A stretch of DNA of 64,000 bases from positions 34,033 through 98,032 of the forward strand of contig JBEEGH010000006.1 of the NCBI GenBank assembly GCA_041166745.1. Direction: 5' to 3'. Position 1 is the first letter of the stretch. The number at the start of each line of letters is the position of its first letter. The translations under genes were made by a program, and so were the position numbers. The notes beneath the pieces are model-generated. The model saw only the letters and a program-made list of their open reading frames with translations. It did not search any database and was not told where the DNA came from. This DNA is from Acidimicrobiaceae bacterium. GTDB taxonomy: Bacteria > Actinomycetota > Acidimicrobiia > Acidimicrobiales > JACDCH01. Shown piece after piece: positions 62,215 to 64,000 of the stretch.

Positions 62215-63048
62215 ATGACGAACCGCGCCGCCGAGCAACAAGCCGCGGTCGACGAGTTTCTCGACCTGCTCCGGCACGAGCGCGAGGGCGACCACTGGGT
62301 CGGTCGCACCCCCGACTGGTACGGACCGGTCGTCTTCGGTGGGGTCGGGCTCGCTCTCATGGTCAGCGCCGCATGTGGGGACGCGCCGCCGAACAGTCGG
62401 CTGCACTCGCTCCACGCGCACTTCCTGCGCCCGGTCCAAGGTGACCGGGACATCGTCTTCCGCAGCGACGTCTTGAAGGCGGGCCGGACCTTCAACGTGC
62501 ACACCGTCACGGCGACGCAGGACGACAAGCCCGTCATCACGATGACGTGCTCGTTCACGGATGACACCGACGGGTACGTGTACGACCTGTCTGGCATCGC
62601 TGACGGCACACCGTTCCCCGACACGCTGCCCGAACCCGACCACGACGAGTACGGGCCCGGGCCGTGGGACGTGCGCTGGCTCGGACCAAGCGAGCTGCGA
62701 CCTGACGGCACGCGGGAAGCAACCCACCGCCACTGGTTCCGCTTCGCCCGCACCCTTGGCGACGACCCGCATCTCCACACGGCGCTGCTCGGCTACGCGA
62801 CGGACTGGACCGGCGTCGGCGGACGCCCGCTCTACCTCGACGGTGACACCACTGGCATGATCAGCCTCGATCACGCCGCGTGGTTCCACCGGCCCGCTCG
62901 CGCCGACGAGTGGCTGCTGCAAGACGTGCAAAGCCTCGTCAACGCCGGCGGCCGCGGAACCCTGCGAGGAGTGATCCGCGACACCGACGGTCACATCGTC
63001 GCCTCCATGACGCAGGAGATGCTCCTCCAACCGTGGAGTGCGCCGTAG
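62215..63048 (+). CDS. Acyl-CoA thioesterase II (TesB-like double hotdog)
   Basis: PVVFGGVGLALMVSAA, LHSLHAHFLRP and the LDHAAWFHRP pattern. Confidence 0.85.
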   Translation: MTNRAAEQQAAVDEFLDLLRHEREGDHWVGRTPDWYGPVVFGGVGLALMVSAACGDAPPNSRLHSLHAHFLRPVQGDRDIVFRSDVLKAGRTFNVHTVTATQDDKPVITMTCSFTDDTDGYVYDLSGIADGTPFPDTLPEPDHDEYGPGPWDVRWLGPSELRPDGTREATHRHWFRFARTLGDDPHLHTALLGYATDWTGVGGRPLYLDGDTTGMISLDHAAWFHRPARADEWLLQDVQSLVNAGGRGTLRGVIRDTDGHIVASMTQEMLLQPWSAP

Positions 63049-63087
63049 CGGCGGAAGCATCGGTCTTTCGCTACGTACGCTTTCGCG

Positions 63088-63777
63088 ATGACCAAGTTCA
63101 CGCCGCCGACGAGAGAGGAGGCGTTGGCGCGTCTCGGGATGCCGATGGCCGACGCGATGCGAACCCAACGCGCCGTGCGCAAGCTCCACACGGAACCCGT
63201 CGATCTCGACCTGGTGTACGAGCTGCTGGAGCTGTCGTTGAAGGCGCCGACGAGCTCGAACTCCCAGGACTGGAACTACGTCGTCATCACGGGCCGCGAG
63301 CAGAAGGAACGGCTGGCGAAGATGTACGTTCCGCTGTTCCGGGTGTTCGACCCCATCGCCCGCCGGAGCGCCGCCGGCGACGAGAAGCTTCTGCGCCAGA
63401 TGGCACCGGGCCAATGGCAGGCCGAGCATTTCGCCGACATCCCGGTGTTCGTGATCCCCTGTTACGAACGCAATCTCAAGCACCACCCGGTGGGCTGGCC
63501 CCAGATCTCGGTGTCGTCGTTCTACGGGTCGGTGTATCCGGCCGTGCAGAACCTGTTGCTCGCGTGTCGCGCGGTGGGACTGGGTGCGTCGCTCCAGACG
63601 TTGCCGATCTGGCTCGTGCCCGTCGCCCAACGCCTTCTCGGGCTGCCCCGCAAGATGGTGCCTGTGTGTGTGATCCCGATCGGCTGGGCGAAGGGGAACT
63701 ACGGCCCCACGACACGACGCCCGATCCGCGAGATCGTCCACATCGACCGCTACGGAAACCAACCCGACCGAGACTGA
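63088..63777 (+). CDS. Nitroreductase family protein
   Basis: MRTQRAVRKLHTEPVD...SLKAPTSSNSQDW nitroreductase N-terminal signature. Confidence 0.85.
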   Translation: MTKFTPPTREEALARLGMPMADAMRTQRAVRKLHTEPVDLDLVYELLELSLKAPTSSNSQDWNYVVITGREQKERLAKMYVPLFRVFDPIARRSAAGDEKLLRQMAPGQWQAEHFADIPVFVIPCYERNLKHHPVGWPQISVSSFYGSVYPAVQNLLLACRAVGLGASLQTLPIWLVPVAQRLLGLPRKMVPVCVIPIGWAKGNYGPTTRRPIREIVHIDRYGNQPDRD

Positions 63778-63830
63778 CCATCAGCCCAGGTGCACGACGA
63801 CGGCCAGCTCGCGGCGCGCGTCACGCAGAC

Positions 63831-64000
63831 CCAAGCAGTGCTGTGGCCGTGACGGCAGAGGCGAAGTGTTCGTCGATGAGGGCGGCTGCGGCGCGGTCGC
63901 CGTCGTCGGTGGGCTGCGCGTAGATCCTGAGCGTCAAGGCCGGGTCGGAGTGGCCGAGCCGGATTTGGGCGGTCTTGAGGTCGACATTTCGCTGGACCAG
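63831..64000 (-). mobile_element. 3' end of a tyrosine recombinase/phage-type integrase gene (partial, continues beyond the window)
   Basis: Minus-strand translation gives LVQRNVDLKTAQIRLGHSDPALTLRIYAQPTDD...GSA*, containing the LGH..(x)n..Y catalytic C-terminal box. Stop codon at 63831-63833. Confidence 0.7.

Overview
High-GC actinobacterial-type chromosomal segment with about 65 genes, no rRNA, no CRISPR array and no intact IS element. The backbone matches a conserved actinobacterial block as I recall it, not checked here. In order it holds TadE/TadG-like pseudopilins, a HAD-IB hydrolase and the tad/flp pilus locus (ssd-like ATPase, tadA, fused tadB/C, flp-like, tadE-like). Then come a class E sortase, an MrfA/YprA-type DUF1998 helicase, a STAS/RsbW pair, acyl-CoA dehydrogenase and enoyl-CoA hydratase, topA, tmk, holB and tRNA-Thr(CGU). 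Accessory material is interleaved. (1) An arsenic/metal islet: ArsI/CadI, ArsR and an aquaporin, with a perfect 12-bp inverted-repeat operator. (2) Two translationally coupled dynamin-like GTPases, divergent from a membrane-anchored Hsp70-like ATPase. (3) A ~9.5-kb insert between tmk and holB. It encodes an FHA-containing EssC/EccC-like triple ATPase, a toxin-antitoxin pair, two WXG100-like small proteins, a 729-aa unknown protein and a divergent Ser/Thr kinase. It ends in a ~0.5-kb non-coding stretch packed with tetraloop hairpins. I consider this minimal type VII-like module plus the structured RNA region the most interesting part of the window. (4) A 1781-aa zinc-ribbon/adenylate-cyclase/STAND-ATPase/TPR protein ending in five tandem NTF2-like modules. 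(5) A fused ECF sigma/anti-sigma factor, surrounded by paralogous secreted or membrane-anchored proteins that share a ~100-aa two-cysteine C-terminal domain and an AT-rich 10-nt upstream motif. (6) An FHA protein with six DnaJ-type CxxCxGxG fingers next to a DUF1272/LigD-polymerase pair. A tyrosine-recombinase 3' end lies at the right edge. Many long track ORFs are GC-rich shadow frames and were discarded. All functional calls come from motif recognition by eye, and no database search was run.
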